From a virus (Duplodnaviria; Caudoviricetes): a stretch of DNA of 37,644 nt. Location of the stretch: IMG/VR virus record IMGVR_UViG_3300030372_000318, positions 1 to 37,644 of that record; one strand, given 5' to 3'. Below, in pieces: positions 1 through 8,354 of the stretch. Below the pieces are notes generated by a model. It was given only the letters and a program-made list of their open reading frames with translations. It had not been told where the DNA came from and ran no database searches. Each line of letters opens with the position of its first letter. The first letter of the stretch is position 1. Both the position numbers and the translations under genes were made by a program.

Positions 1-66
1 CCAATTGAGCTTATAACGTCAAAACCAGACGTTGTTAAAGTTGATTCTACTAAACCAAAAACATGA
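1..66 (+). CDS. 3' end of a truncated upstream gene (…PIELITSKPDVVKVDSTKPKT*)
   Basis: Frame open from base 1 to TGA at 64-66; ATGA overlap with the next start at 63 suggests translational coupling. Confidence 0.6.
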   Translation, partial: PIELITSKPDVVKVDSTKPKT

Positions 67-593
67 AAAAACTATTAACACTACTGCTGCTGTTTAGCCC
101 TTCAGTTGCACTAGCAGACATAAATCACTCAATCCAAAATGTTGTTTCCGTTTCTACATTAGGGGCAAGTTCAACAGCTAGTCGTATTGGTACTACGTTT
201 TCTGCATCAGGTACAAATGTCACCCCAACTGCAAACGAAACTGCAAATGCCATTGGCACTTTAGATTTGACAGATGCACAAATCACAAATGGTGTTCCTA
301 CTATTGACTCTACAACTACTTACGCAGTTACGACTACAGGGGATGCATGGTCTGTGCAAGAAAGCTATATTCAAGGCGATTCCATACCAACAGATTTTAA
401 AGCAACTACAGTTACCAATGGTGCTGTACCTGCATTACCAATATTTGGAAGCACGACAACTTTTGCAGGTGGTAATATAGGCACTACAGCTATGACTATG
501 GATAGTGGTGGAGCAATGACAGTCAATTTATCTGCTACTGGAGCAGGTGTTACGGCACAAATGTCTAACACAATCAAATTAGAAATTGATTAA
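63..593 (+). CDS. Exported Thr/Ser/Gly-rich, probably beta-rich protein of unknown function (cyanophage-type)
   Basis: 176 aa; Sec signal MKKLLTLLLLFSPSVALA|D; coupled to neighbours (ATGA, TAATG). Confidence 0.85.
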   Translation: MKKLLTLLLLFSPSVALADINHSIQNVVSVSTLGASSTASRIGTTFSASGTNVTPTANETANAIGTLDLTDAQITNGVPTIDSTTTYAVTTTGDAWSVQESYIQGDSIPTDFKATTVTNGAVPALPIFGSTTTFAGGNIGTTAMTMDSGGAMTVNLSATGAGVTAQMSNTIKLEID

Positions 594-1021
594 TGAAATG
601 GTTAATAGTTTTTTTATTTGCAACACCTAGTGTATATGCAGGGGGAATTACTCCATCGTTCTCTACAGGCCAAATGGAGACTTCGAGTTCGAGTAAAACT
701 ATTGTGGTGGAGACAATTGTTACTGAAAATTATCGTACTGGTTATAGCTATTCGCTTCAAGGCCACAACATACAAGTTAAGGATGGCACAGTTATATCAC
801 CAGACGCTACCTATACAAACACGCAAACAGTTAATGGGGTTTCGTTTCAATGGGTAACTCCAAATTTAACTACCAAACCCCAATGGGAAATACAAAATCC
901 ACAAGAATCATTCAGCATAACGGAAAATTTTCTTGCACCGGGTTTGGACGCAACAAGTACTATACAACGCACCATAACAACAGAAAGTCAAAGTACAAGT
1001 TTGTCAATTTTTTCAAATTAA
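593..1021 (+). CDS. Exported Thr-rich protein of unknown function
   Basis: 142 aa; signal MKWLIVFLFATPSVYA|G; TAATG overlap with the previous gene. Confidence 0.85.
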   Translation: MKWLIVFLFATPSVYAGGITPSFSTGQMETSSSSKTIVVETIVTENYRTGYSYSLQGHNIQVKDGTVISPDATYTNTQTVNGVSFQWVTPNLTTKPQWEIQNPQESFSITENFLAPGLDATSTIQRTITTESQSTSLSIFSN

Positions 1022-1623
1022 GTTTACTTTTATTATTTGTTTCACCAGTAAAGGCCAATGTTGTTAGCTCCCCATCCGCTTCAAGTAGTGGAACGGTGAT
1101 CAATAATGGCTATCAAACTATAAATGGCGGTTTTCCAACGATGATTTATGGCGGTCAGGTGCAATGCCAACAACCAACACTAGCCTTTACACCGTTTGTA
1201 ACCAAAGGAGAAAATTATAGTACACCTAGAATTAATACAACAAAAACTAACATATATGATTTGTCAGAAGATGCATCAGGTAACTTGGTAAATCCGGGAA
1301 ATATCTTGTACCAAAGTGAACAACCAAGGATAGAACAATCAACTCATAATTTTAATTATGGGTTTACTTTATCTTTTCAAGTGCCACTAGGCCGTGGTAC
1401 TGATCTATGTTTAAAGGCAGCAGAAAACCAAATAAAAGGACAAGAGTTTGTTTTAGCTCGCCAGAAATTAGAAGCAAATTTGGCAAGGATGAAGATATGT
1501 GCCGAGCAATTTAAACTTGGAGTAAAGCTAATTGGTGAGGATGCAGTTGCTTGCAAGAATGTTGTTATTACAACGATTCCCAATCAAGTTGTGCCACATA
1601 CACACGAATTAAAAACTAAGTAG
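850..1623 (+). CDS. Exported or outer-membrane candidate with 4 Cys, amphipathic beta-strand and long helix; start uncertain
   Basis: Signal-like KLSLLLLFVSPVKA|N at ~1015-1056; NFNYGFTLSFQVPLG followed by a helix; nearest ATGs (850, 883) lie far inside the upstream gene. Confidence 0.75.
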   Translation: MGNSKFNYQTPMGNTKSTRIIQHNGKFSCTGFGRNKYYTTHHNNRKSKYKFVNFFKLSLLLLFVSPVKANVVSSPSASSSGTVINNGYQTINGGFPTMIYGGQVQCQQPTLAFTPFVTKGENYSTPRINTTKTNIYDLSEDASGNLVNPGNILYQSEQPRIEQSTHNFNYGFTLSFQVPLGRGTDLCLKAAENQIKGQEFVLARQKLEANLARMKICAEQFKLGVKLIGEDAVACKNVVITTIPNQVVPHTHELKTK

Positions 1624-2233
1624 ATTTATTTTTAGATTTTTTTAGACGTTTAAAAAGCTGCTTTGTAAGGGGTTTGACAGCATTTAAAAGGAGAGGAGTA
1701 GCCGAAGCGATACTAGCAACAAAAAAAGTAGACACAGCCACGCTAGGCGAAGGTATGTACTGGTCGATGAATTTAACTCTTTCATAAACAGTAGTGCAAT
1801 CACCGTTGCTTTCTCTAATATAATCTTTAATTCGTTCCAATCTTTTATCGTTAACAAATGATCCTATTCTTAAAGCTCCTTCTGGAGGGCAGGGTTCGTA
1901 TTCTATTTTCTTTTTTTCCTTTGGTTTAGGATTTACTACGTTTGTGTTCTGTGTGGGCGTAGGAGCGGTGTTAACTGGTACTGGTTCTGTATTTATTACT
2001 TGTGCAGGGTCGTACCTCATAGGGGTATATGAAGGCATTTCACCGTTAGGACAAACAGTATATGTTCCACGCTTGTCAGCAATAAGCAAAGATGGGTTGC
2101 GTGTAGTTTGTAAATCTCTGTGATATAAATAACAACCCGGTAATTTTCCTTCTAGTTTTGGCTTTGTGAAATATGGTGTATCTGGTATATCAATAATTGG
2201 AAGAGTTATCTCAGGCAGTTTAATCTCAGGCAC
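1616..2233 (-). CDS. Pro-rich protein with Cys pairs and C-terminal membrane anchor
   Basis: 205 aa, GTG start; hydrophobic AVSTFFVASIASATPLLLNAV then basic tail; convergent 8-nt overlap with the previous gene. Confidence 0.8.
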   Translation of the reverse strand: MPEIKLPEITLPIIDIPDTPYFTKPKLEGKLPGCYLYHRDLQTTRNPSLLIADKRGTYTVCPNGEMPSYTPMRYDPAQVINTEPVPVNTAPTPTQNTNVVNPKPKEKKKIEYEPCPPEGALRIGSFVNDKRLERIKDYIRESNGDCTTVYERVKFIDQYIPSPSVAVSTFFVASIASATPLLLNAVKPLTKQLFKRLKKSKNKST

Positions 2234-2241
2234 TTATGGAA

Positions 2242-2466
2242 TTAGTTTAATTTAGATGGTATAGGTAAAGATGGGCCTGTTACGTCAGGTAATGAATTAC
2301 CGAGTACATCAGGCATAAGTCCTTGCACTTCACCTAATACTTTATCCATAATTTTTTTTTGAAACTGGGGTGACTGTACATACTTGTATGTAAAAAAACC
2401 ACCGCCTAAAATGCCTAACATAAGGATTCCAGTTACGATGGTAATAATGTCTAAAGCTTTTCGCAT
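2242..2466 (-). CDS. Small membrane protein (N-terminal TM, Pro-rich C-terminus)
   Basis: 74 aa; TM IITIVTGILMLGILGGGFFTY. Confidence 0.75.
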   Translation of the reverse strand: MRKALDIITIVTGILMLGILGGGFFTYKYVQSPQFQKKIMDKVLGEVQGLMPDVLGNSLPDVTGPSLPIPSKLN

Positions 2467-2596
2467 GATTAAAGAACAGATAGCACGAGCTACAGCACTT
2501 ATGTCAGTAGTCGTATTGCTACTTATCGTAGCAATCAGCCCTCTCTATGTCACCATGTCAATAATGACACGACAGCTACAAGAAAAAATTAAGTAG
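2465..2596 (+). CDS. Small single-TM protein (43 aa)
   Basis: MIKEQIARATALMSVVVLLLIVAISPLYVTMSIMTRQLQEKIK; ATG 2465 preferred over the track start 2384; fills an otherwise empty gap. Confidence 0.6.
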   Translation: MIKEQIARATALMSVVVLLLIVAISPLYVTMSIMTRQLQEKIK

Positions 2597-2741
2597 TTAA
2601 AGGTTCGGCTGTGTTAGTTTTTGCCCATTCAAGATACTCTGTATATTCAAGAGTTCCTTCTGTGCAACCTGTTTGTGTGCCATCATCATTAAATCTGATA
2701 ACATATTCTTTGCCATTGTAAGTTTTAATTTTGTAATTCAT
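2589..2741 (-). CDS. Probable tail-fibre assembly chaperone (50 aa)
   Basis: ATG 2741 overlaps the fibre stop (ATGA); EYTEYLEWAKTNTAEP resembles short fibre-chaperone C-termini; lies directly after a fibre gene. Confidence 0.6.
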   Translation of the reverse strand: MNYKIKTYNGKEYVIRFNDDGTQTGCTEGTLEYTEYLEWAKTNTAEPLTT

Positions 2742-4141
2742 AATTCTGCTGAAAATTCTATTGAGTAACCTTCCCAAGAAGGTATAAATTTATGGGTGTC
2801 ACTCCAGTTAGAGCTTAGTACTAAAAGACCTTGACCTGTATCTGTGTTCCATTCATTGATAGAAGGTGCACTTTGAGTAGTATTAAAATTAGATTGAAAA
2901 TCTGTAAATATTCCACTAGCAAGCAAGGTAGGAGATGGAGCAGTTCTCATGGGCACAGGGCATTGAAGTTCCCAATGACAGTTACTATCACCTCTTTTGT
3001 ACCCACTTATTCTTCTATAGTTATTTTGAGATATTTTCCAATAGTATCTTTGGCATTTGCGTAAAGTTTCTGCATAGGATTCAAAAGCAAAATTACTAGC
3101 GGAATCACCAACTTCTAATTGAACTCCTGTAATTTCAAATGTTGAATTATTTGTTGTATACCATGTTGGTGTCATGTCTGGAGATTTATTTGCATTATCC
3201 TTAACTGCCCATGTATCCAAAGTTTTATTATTAGTGAAATCAGTTCCAAAAAAACATTGCCAAATATGAAAAAATCCTTGTGCGTTTGTATTTGGTATTG
3301 AAGAAAAATTAGAATTACCGGGAACAGTTTCTGTAACTTTTGTCCAAGTGTTAGCACTTAAAGCAAAACTATATGTATATTCATATTGAGTAGAAGCAAA
3401 TGCTCTAAATCTTCCATAAAAAGTTTGAGCAACACTTGATTTAACCCAATAAGAAATTGTTAGTTTACTGTTAGGATCTGTAGCATTCCAACCACTATTA
3501 ACTATATTCTGACCTTCTATATCTTGTTGTGCTTTGATAAAGTCATTAGCACCAGCACCACTTGTTTGATTTCCATTTGTAATTTTAAGTGCTTTTCTAA
3601 ATCCTTCTTCGTATGGACCAGTATCACTACTTGTTAAGTCTACTTGTGCATGAGTAGGTGATTCATCTGTATTATCAAAAAGAATTTTAAATCTATCTAC
3701 ACTTCCATAACCAGATGTTGTAGATGACGTTCCCCTTTGGGCTATAGTCATCCCTCCGTTAATTACAAGATTGGTTGCTTTGCCACTAGCAGGTAATGTT
3801 TCGTAAGAAGGGTCTGCTCCGTTGTTTGCTCGTAAGAATTTACCATCGTTAGATGATGTGCCATGTTCTAATTTAGCTAGAGTTACTGCGGTATTGGCTA
3901 TTTTAGCTGTTACAACTGAACCTTCTGCTATTTTATCTGCAACTATTGCATTAACTGCAATTGCACTAGAAGTGACTGCATTGTTTTGTATTTTACCGTC
4001 AGTAACTGCGTTAGCTGCTATTGCTGCTGAATCGACTGCGTTGTCTGCCAACTCACTAGAACCTACAGCATTTGCAGGTATCTTTCCTGACGTGATGGCA
4101 TCATCTTTAACGCCATCAGTAGAAATTTTAGTTAGTGCCAT
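2738..4141 (-). CDS. Secondary tail fibre / receptor-binding protein
   Basis: Start MALTKISTDG at 4141 with GGAGG upstream; 10-aa (A/I)VTxxKIA repeats; C-terminal domain NLVINGGM.IAQRG…ITGVQLEVG..AS.F…CQRYY typical of phage fibre heads. Confidence 0.85.
   Translation of the reverse strand: MALTKISTDGVKDDAITSGKIPANAVGSSELADNAVDSAAIAANAVTDGKIQNNAVTSSAIAVNAIVADKIAEGSVVTAKIANTAVTLAKLEHGTSSNDGKFLRANNGADPSYETLPASGKATNLVINGGMTIAQRGTSSTTSGYGSVDRFKILFDNTDESPTHAQVDLTSSDTGPYEEGFRKALKITNGNQTSGAGANDFIKAQQDIEGQNIVNSGWNATDPNSKLTISYWVKSSVAQTFYGRFRAFASTQYEYTYSFALSANTWTKVTETVPGNSNFSSIPNTNAQGFFHIWQCFFGTDFTNNKTLDTWAVKDNANKSPDMTPTWYTTNNSTFEITGVQLEVGDSASNFAFESYAETLRKCQRYYWKISQNNYRRISGYKRGDSNCHWELQCPVPMRTAPSPTLLASGIFTDFQSNFNTTQSAPSINEWNTDTGQGLLVLSSNWSDTHKFIPSWEGYSIEFSAEL
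3797..3874 (-). repeat. Copy 1 of a 26-codon segment shared by both fibres (KLEHGTSSNDGKFLRANNGADPSYET)
   Basis: Same peptide encoded at 6078-6155; DNA differs at synonymous positions. Confidence 0.9.
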
Positions 4142-4143
4142 AA

Positions 4144-4491
4144 TTAAGTAATCTCCTCCCAAGATTTACTTGTTTCATTCCATTCATAATTTTTACCATC
4201 ACTTGGATAAGCAACTGGTGCTTCCCAAAGACAAGTATCTTCGTCTAATGTCCAACTGTTAAAAGGTTGGGGAGGAATAAAAGCATCTCTTGTTTGGTCG
4301 TAAGTATAACCAATACCAGCATAGTTTTTTCTTATATTGTTATTATAAGATGTTTGTTTCCAGACATCTCTTGTTTTATATAAATCATTTAAAAAATTTA
4401 CTCCAGCTTGTTCAGTTGTTGCAACATCATTCGATACTACATGAACTGCTGTAACTATGTTTCCTGTTCCTAGTTTTGCAAAATGTGCCAT
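4144..4491 (-). CDS. Conserved small protein following Gly-rich fibres (probable fibre chaperone/accessory)
   Basis: 115 aa; MAHFAKL…WKQTSYN..IRKNYAGIGYTYD..RDAFIPPQPF.SW.L; TAATG coupling to the fibre. Confidence 0.75.
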   Translation of the reverse strand: MAHFAKLGTGNIVTAVHVVSNDVATTEQAGVNFLNDLYKTRDVWKQTSYNNNIRKNYAGIGYTYDQTRDAFIPPQPFNSWTLDEDTCLWEAPVAYPSDGKNYEWNETSKSWEEIT

Positions 4492-7400
4492 TATGCGGTG
4501 TAACTCCCATCTCCATTATATGTTAATACCGTATCAGATCCTGATGTTGTTACCGTTGGGGAACCACTTGTTGTGCCTGAGTAGTTAGCAGTTGGCATAC
4601 GAAGAATAACAATACCAGAACCACCAGAACCACCACTAGTGCTTCCACTGGCTCCGCCACCGCCACCGCCACCAGTATTAGAACTTCCAGACGAGCCATT
4701 ACCACTATAATTTCCACCATTACCACCACCACCAGAACCACCAGAGCCGTTAGAGTTTCCACCACCGCCTCCACCACCTGCTCGTGTAACAGATGAACCT
4801 GTAATTGAAGATGCACCACCAGCACCACCAGCACCACCTGAACTTTGATTATTTGTAGAAGCACCTACAGCAGAAGCACCACCACCTCCAGCACTACCGT
4901 CTCTTTGCCCTGAAACACCACTTCGACATTTTGTGCTTCCTCCAGCAAAACCTTGATTAGCTGTTCCAGAACCACCAGACCTAGTCGATGTATCACCACC
5001 ACCGCCTCCACCAGAACCTCCAGCAACACCATTCTGTGAACGTGCACCACCACCACCGCCACCATTTGAAGTGATAGTAGTAATATCTGAGCCTGATACA
5101 GAACTGTTAGTACCAGTTGCTCCATTATTAGATGACGATGTTCCAGACGAGCCACCGCCTCCGCCACCACCTACTGAAACTGTGTAAACTACACCGGGTG
5201 TGAAAGTTAAACCTGATTCGGAACTTGCTCCACCACCAGAAGTTTCGGAGCTATAAGAATTTCTATATCCGCCAGCACCACCACCACCAGCAGAAAAACC
5301 GGGGGCACCTGAGTGTCCACCACCACCGCCTCCACCAGCGATTACTAAAAAATCAACTGTATAATTATTTTGAATAGTAATACTGTCAGCAGCCGAGGCT
5401 AAAGATTCAGCAAATGTATTTGTTGTATCTTGAGCTTTAGCTGTTACTGAATAGGTACCTTCTGCTGTAAATTGAATAGTAACAGCAGGATTATTTGTAG
5501 TGAATCCAGTTACCTCAACTGTGTTTCCTACTTTACTTCCAGTACCATGAGATACGCTTTGATAAGTAAAGTTAGGAGATCCAATATCTAATATAAGTTT
5601 GTTATCATTAGCATGGGTTGAAGTAATAGTATAGACAATATTTGTTGCTGTACTATTATCAGCAGGTGAGCTTAATGTAGGTGCTGATAATTTTGTTTTT
5701 ATGTTTTTAGTTAATGTATTTGAGTCGGCTAAACCAAGGCTATCAGTCTCTGCTTTAACTGTATAAGAAGGATGATCTCCTGTTTCAGTTATAACAAATT
5801 GACCAGATGTATTAACTGTACCTATTGTGCAGTTAGTTGGGGTAAAAGTATAAGTAACATCATCCGACCAGTTAGTAATTGTATGTGTAACAGTTCCACC
5901 ATCAGCTACTTCTAAGTCTCCAGTTATAACAGGTGTATCTAATGTTGGAGTTGCAATAACTTGCCAGCTACCATCACCTCTTAGAAAGTTTGTATTATTT
6001 GCTGTTCCACTTCCAAGTCTTGCTGTTGGTACTGTTCCAGATGTTAAATTACCTGCATTTAAATTAGTTAAATCTATTGTCTCGTAGCTTGGGTCAGCAC
6101 CATTATTAGCTCTTAAAAATTTACCGTCATTGCTAGATGTACCATGTTCTAATTTTGTAAGCGATATAGAATCATCTGCTAGTTTAGAACCTGCTATAGC
6201 TGCACTAGCATTTACATCTGCGTTTACAATATCTAAAGCAGCAAGTTTAGATTTGGCTATAGCTGCACTTGCATTAATATCAGCATTGACAATAGCTCCA
6301 TCTACTATTTTTGCACTTGTTACGGTGTTGTCGCTTGGTGCTCCAATACTAACTGTTGCTCCGATAGTAACAATAAAGAAATCAGCACCACTAGGAGGAG
6401 CAGAACTAAATACAATGTTTGCACCATCCAAAGCAAACCCTTCACTAGGTTGTCCTGTACCAGAATTAGGTTTTTGTATTACACCTGCAATACTTACAAG
6501 CATCTGTTGAGCAAAAGCACCTGCATTGCTTAAAGTAAATTTATAAGCAGAACCATTAAACGTGGCACTATTACCACCAGTACCAGAAAATTGGCTTATT
6601 GTATTTATAAAGAAATTACCAATAGTTTGTGTTTCTTCCCACGCACTAGTATTTGCGTTATATACAAGTAATTTTCCTAAATTTGTATTATAAAATAAAT
6701 CACCATTATCTAAATCAGTTGTTGGATTTGTTGTTCCAACTCTATATCTTTCTGCAAAAGCATTAACACCTGCTAAACCTGTAGCTACTGTATTAACATT
6801 TGCAATATTACTACCAACGTTATTAACGTTTGCAATTGCACCGCCAACTGCGTTTACATTAGCTTGGTTATTAGCTACCGCAGATACCTCTGTCGATATA
6901 CCTGCAACTGTATTTACGTTTGCAATATTATTTCCAACATTATCAACATTACCAATTGCGTTTGCAACAGTATCAATTTCAGATGTTGTTTCTTGTAAAT
7001 CTGCTGCTGCTGTTTCAATTTCTGAAACAGTTTCATTTAAATCATTAGCTACGGTAACTACTTTAGCTATATCTGCTGCAACAGTATTAACATTTGATAT
7101 GTTGCTTGCTACCGTGTTGACGTTTGATATAGATCCACCGACAGCATTTACATTACTAATTGAACCTGCAACTGTATTTGTATTAGTTAAATTAGTTCCA
7201 GATATATTTAAATCTAACCAAGTAGTATTACCAAGGTCATAAACCCTCATAATATTAGAGGTTGTATTGAAATATAATGCTCCGTCTATTAACGCATTAC
7301 CGTCATTATCAAGTGTAGGGTTATTAGCTTTAGCACCTAAGTATCTATCGTCAAAAGAATCTAATGCAGCTTCTGCTGCTGTCTTTGCTGTCTCCGCAGC

Positions 7401-8291
7401 AGTTTTAGCTGTCTCTGCTGCCGTCTTCGCAGTATCTGCTTGAGTGGCTTTAGTAGTTGCAGTTGATGCAGATGTTGACGCATTGCTTTCACTAGTTGCT
7501 GCTGCTGTTGCACTATTAGCTGCTGCTGTTGCAGAAGTAGCTGCTGCGGTAGCTGATGACGCTGCGTTAGTCGCTGACGTAGTTGCTGATGCTGCGTCTA
7601 CAATAAGATCCCAGTTTGCAGAGTTAGTGTTAGTTGTTAATGGTTGTGACCCAGAAGATGTATGTGCTGTATTGCAAAAGAAAATATTTCCTGTGCTTGT
7701 ATCTTTTACAAGATCTCTCACAGCATAACTAGTACTAGCAGCCCAGTTACCACGGTATGTTCCCAATTCTTTTAATACTTCAAACTCACCTGTATTATCA
7801 AAACCTAAAACCTTGTTAGATCTTGCTGCTGCATTTTCTGTTATTTCTAAACTACCAATGGTATTGGTTAATGAAAATTTAATTGATCTATTTAATTCGT
7901 CTTGTTGCTGTTGATGCAATACAATTGCTTTGTCTAATGCGTCATTAATAACTTCTGGGAAAAATCCACCTTGGTTTGTAAGGTCTGTTCCTTGTAATGG
8001 TTCTACAGCAGATGTAATAACTAATTGAAAACCACTTGCTAAATTTTGATTGTTACCACCAGATTTTAAAGTTATACTTCCACCGGGATTTCCGTTTTGG
8101 TCTTCGTTTAAAGTAACTATATAATCATTGTTTGCACCAAGAGTTAGTGTAGTTTCTATACTTGTACTTACTTCTAATTTTTTTACAACAACATCTGCGT
8201 CTGTAAAAACTTTAAACGCAAAAGGATATGTAGCAGTATTACCATTACCAACTAAGTTACTCGTCTTTCGTGTAGTCGAATTTATTGTCAT
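4491..8291 (-). CDS. Main tail fibre with N-terminal tail-attachment domain and Gly-rich C-terminal domain
   Basis: 1266 aa; N-terminal GNG.TATYPF.FKVF…DALDK (T7 gp17-N-like); Ala/Thr coiled coil; NVNTVA repeats; C-terminal FLVIAGGGGGG…GGSGIVILR domain. Confidence 0.9.
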   Translation of the reverse strand: MTINSTTRKTSNLVGNGNTATYPFAFKVFTDADVVVKKLEVSTSIETTLTLGANNDYIVTLNEDQNGNPGGSITLKSGGNNQNLASGFQLVITSAVEPLQGTDLTNQGGFFPEVINDALDKAIVLHQQQQDELNRSIKFSLTNTIGSLEITENAAARSNKVLGFDNTGEFEVLKELGTYRGNWAASTSYAVRDLVKDTSTGNIFFCNTAHTSSGSQPLTTNTNSANWDLIVDAASATTSATNAASSATAAATSATAAANSATAAATSESNASTSASTATTKATQADTAKTAAETAKTAAETAKTAAEAALDSFDDRYLGAKANNPTLDNDGNALIDGALYFNTTSNIMRVYDLGNTTWLDLNISGTNLTNTNTVAGSISNVNAVGGSISNVNTVASNISNVNTVAADIAKVVTVANDLNETVSEIETAAADLQETTSEIDTVANAIGNVDNVGNNIANVNTVAGISTEVSAVANNQANVNAVGGAIANVNNVGSNIANVNTVATGLAGVNAFAERYRVGTTNPTTDLDNGDLFYNTNLGKLLVYNANTSAWEETQTIGNFFINTISQFSGTGGNSATFNGSAYKFTLSNAGAFAQQMLVSIAGVIQKPNSGTGQPSEGFALDGANIVFSSAPPSGADFFIVTIGATVSIGAPSDNTVTSAKIVDGAIVNADINASAAIAKSKLAALDIVNADVNASAAIAGSKLADDSISLTKLEHGTSSNDGKFLRANNGADPSYETIDLTNLNAGNLTSGTVPTARLGSGTANNTNFLRGDGSWQVIATPTLDTPVITGDLEVADGGTVTHTITNWSDDVTYTFTPTNCTIGTVNTSGQFVITETGDHPSYTVKAETDSLGLADSNTLTKNIKTKLSAPTLSSPADNSTATNIVYTITSTHANDNKLILDIGSPNFTYQSVSHGTGSKVGNTVEVTGFTTNNPAVTIQFTAEGTYSVTAKAQDTTNTFAESLASAADSITIQNNYTVDFLVIAGGGGGGGHSGAPGFSAGGGGAGGYRNSYSSETSGGGASSESGLTFTPGVVYTVSVGGGGGGGSSGTSSSNNGATGTNSSVSGSDITTITSNGGGGGGARSQNGVAGGSGGGGGGDTSTRSGGSGTANQGFAGGSTKCRSGVSGQRDGSAGGGGASAVGASTNNQSSGGAGGAGGASSITGSSVTRAGGGGGGGNSNGSGGSGGGGNGGNYSGNGSSGSSNTGGGGGGGASGSTSGGSGGSGIVILRMPTANYSGTTSGSPTVTTSGSDTVLTYNGDGSYTA
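6078..6155 (-). repeat. Copy 2 of the shared 26-codon fibre segment
   Basis: Same peptide as 3797-3874. Confidence 0.9.
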
Positions 8292-8318
8292 TAACTAGAC
8301 ATTTTCACTATCTTATTC

Positions 8319-8352
8319 AGCTTACCAATTACTTTTTGCTTTACGGTCACAC
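8319..8352 (-). promoter_or_regulatory. Putative late promoter for the fibre genes: GTGTGACCGTAA-N16-TAAGCT
   Basis: Exact 12-mer at 8341-8352, one of four copies with identical spacing to a TANNNT hexamer. Confidence 0.8.
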
Positions 8353-8354
8353 CT

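Noticed and set aside
274-857. Alternative-frame ORFs 274-480, 371-577 and 618-857
   Set aside because: Short, no SD, no protein-like features; explained by the codon bias of the real genes.
4550-5170. Val-rich +1-frame ORFs 4550-4864 and 4865-5170 as nested genes
   Set aside because: Expected shadows of GGT/GGC glycine runs; low complexity, with no independent support like the codon shift at 12464-12853.
2738-8291. Diversity-generating retroelement, as in BPP-1
   Set aside because: No reverse transcriptase in the window; the only inter-fibre repeat differs at synonymous sites of all bases, not specifically at adenines. Cannot be excluded outside the window.
8341-8352. TGTGA in the repeated motif as a CRP site, or the motif as NtcA box or CRISPR repeat
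   Set aside because: No TCACA second half-site, no GTA-N8-TAC, and copies are kilobases apart rather than arrayed.
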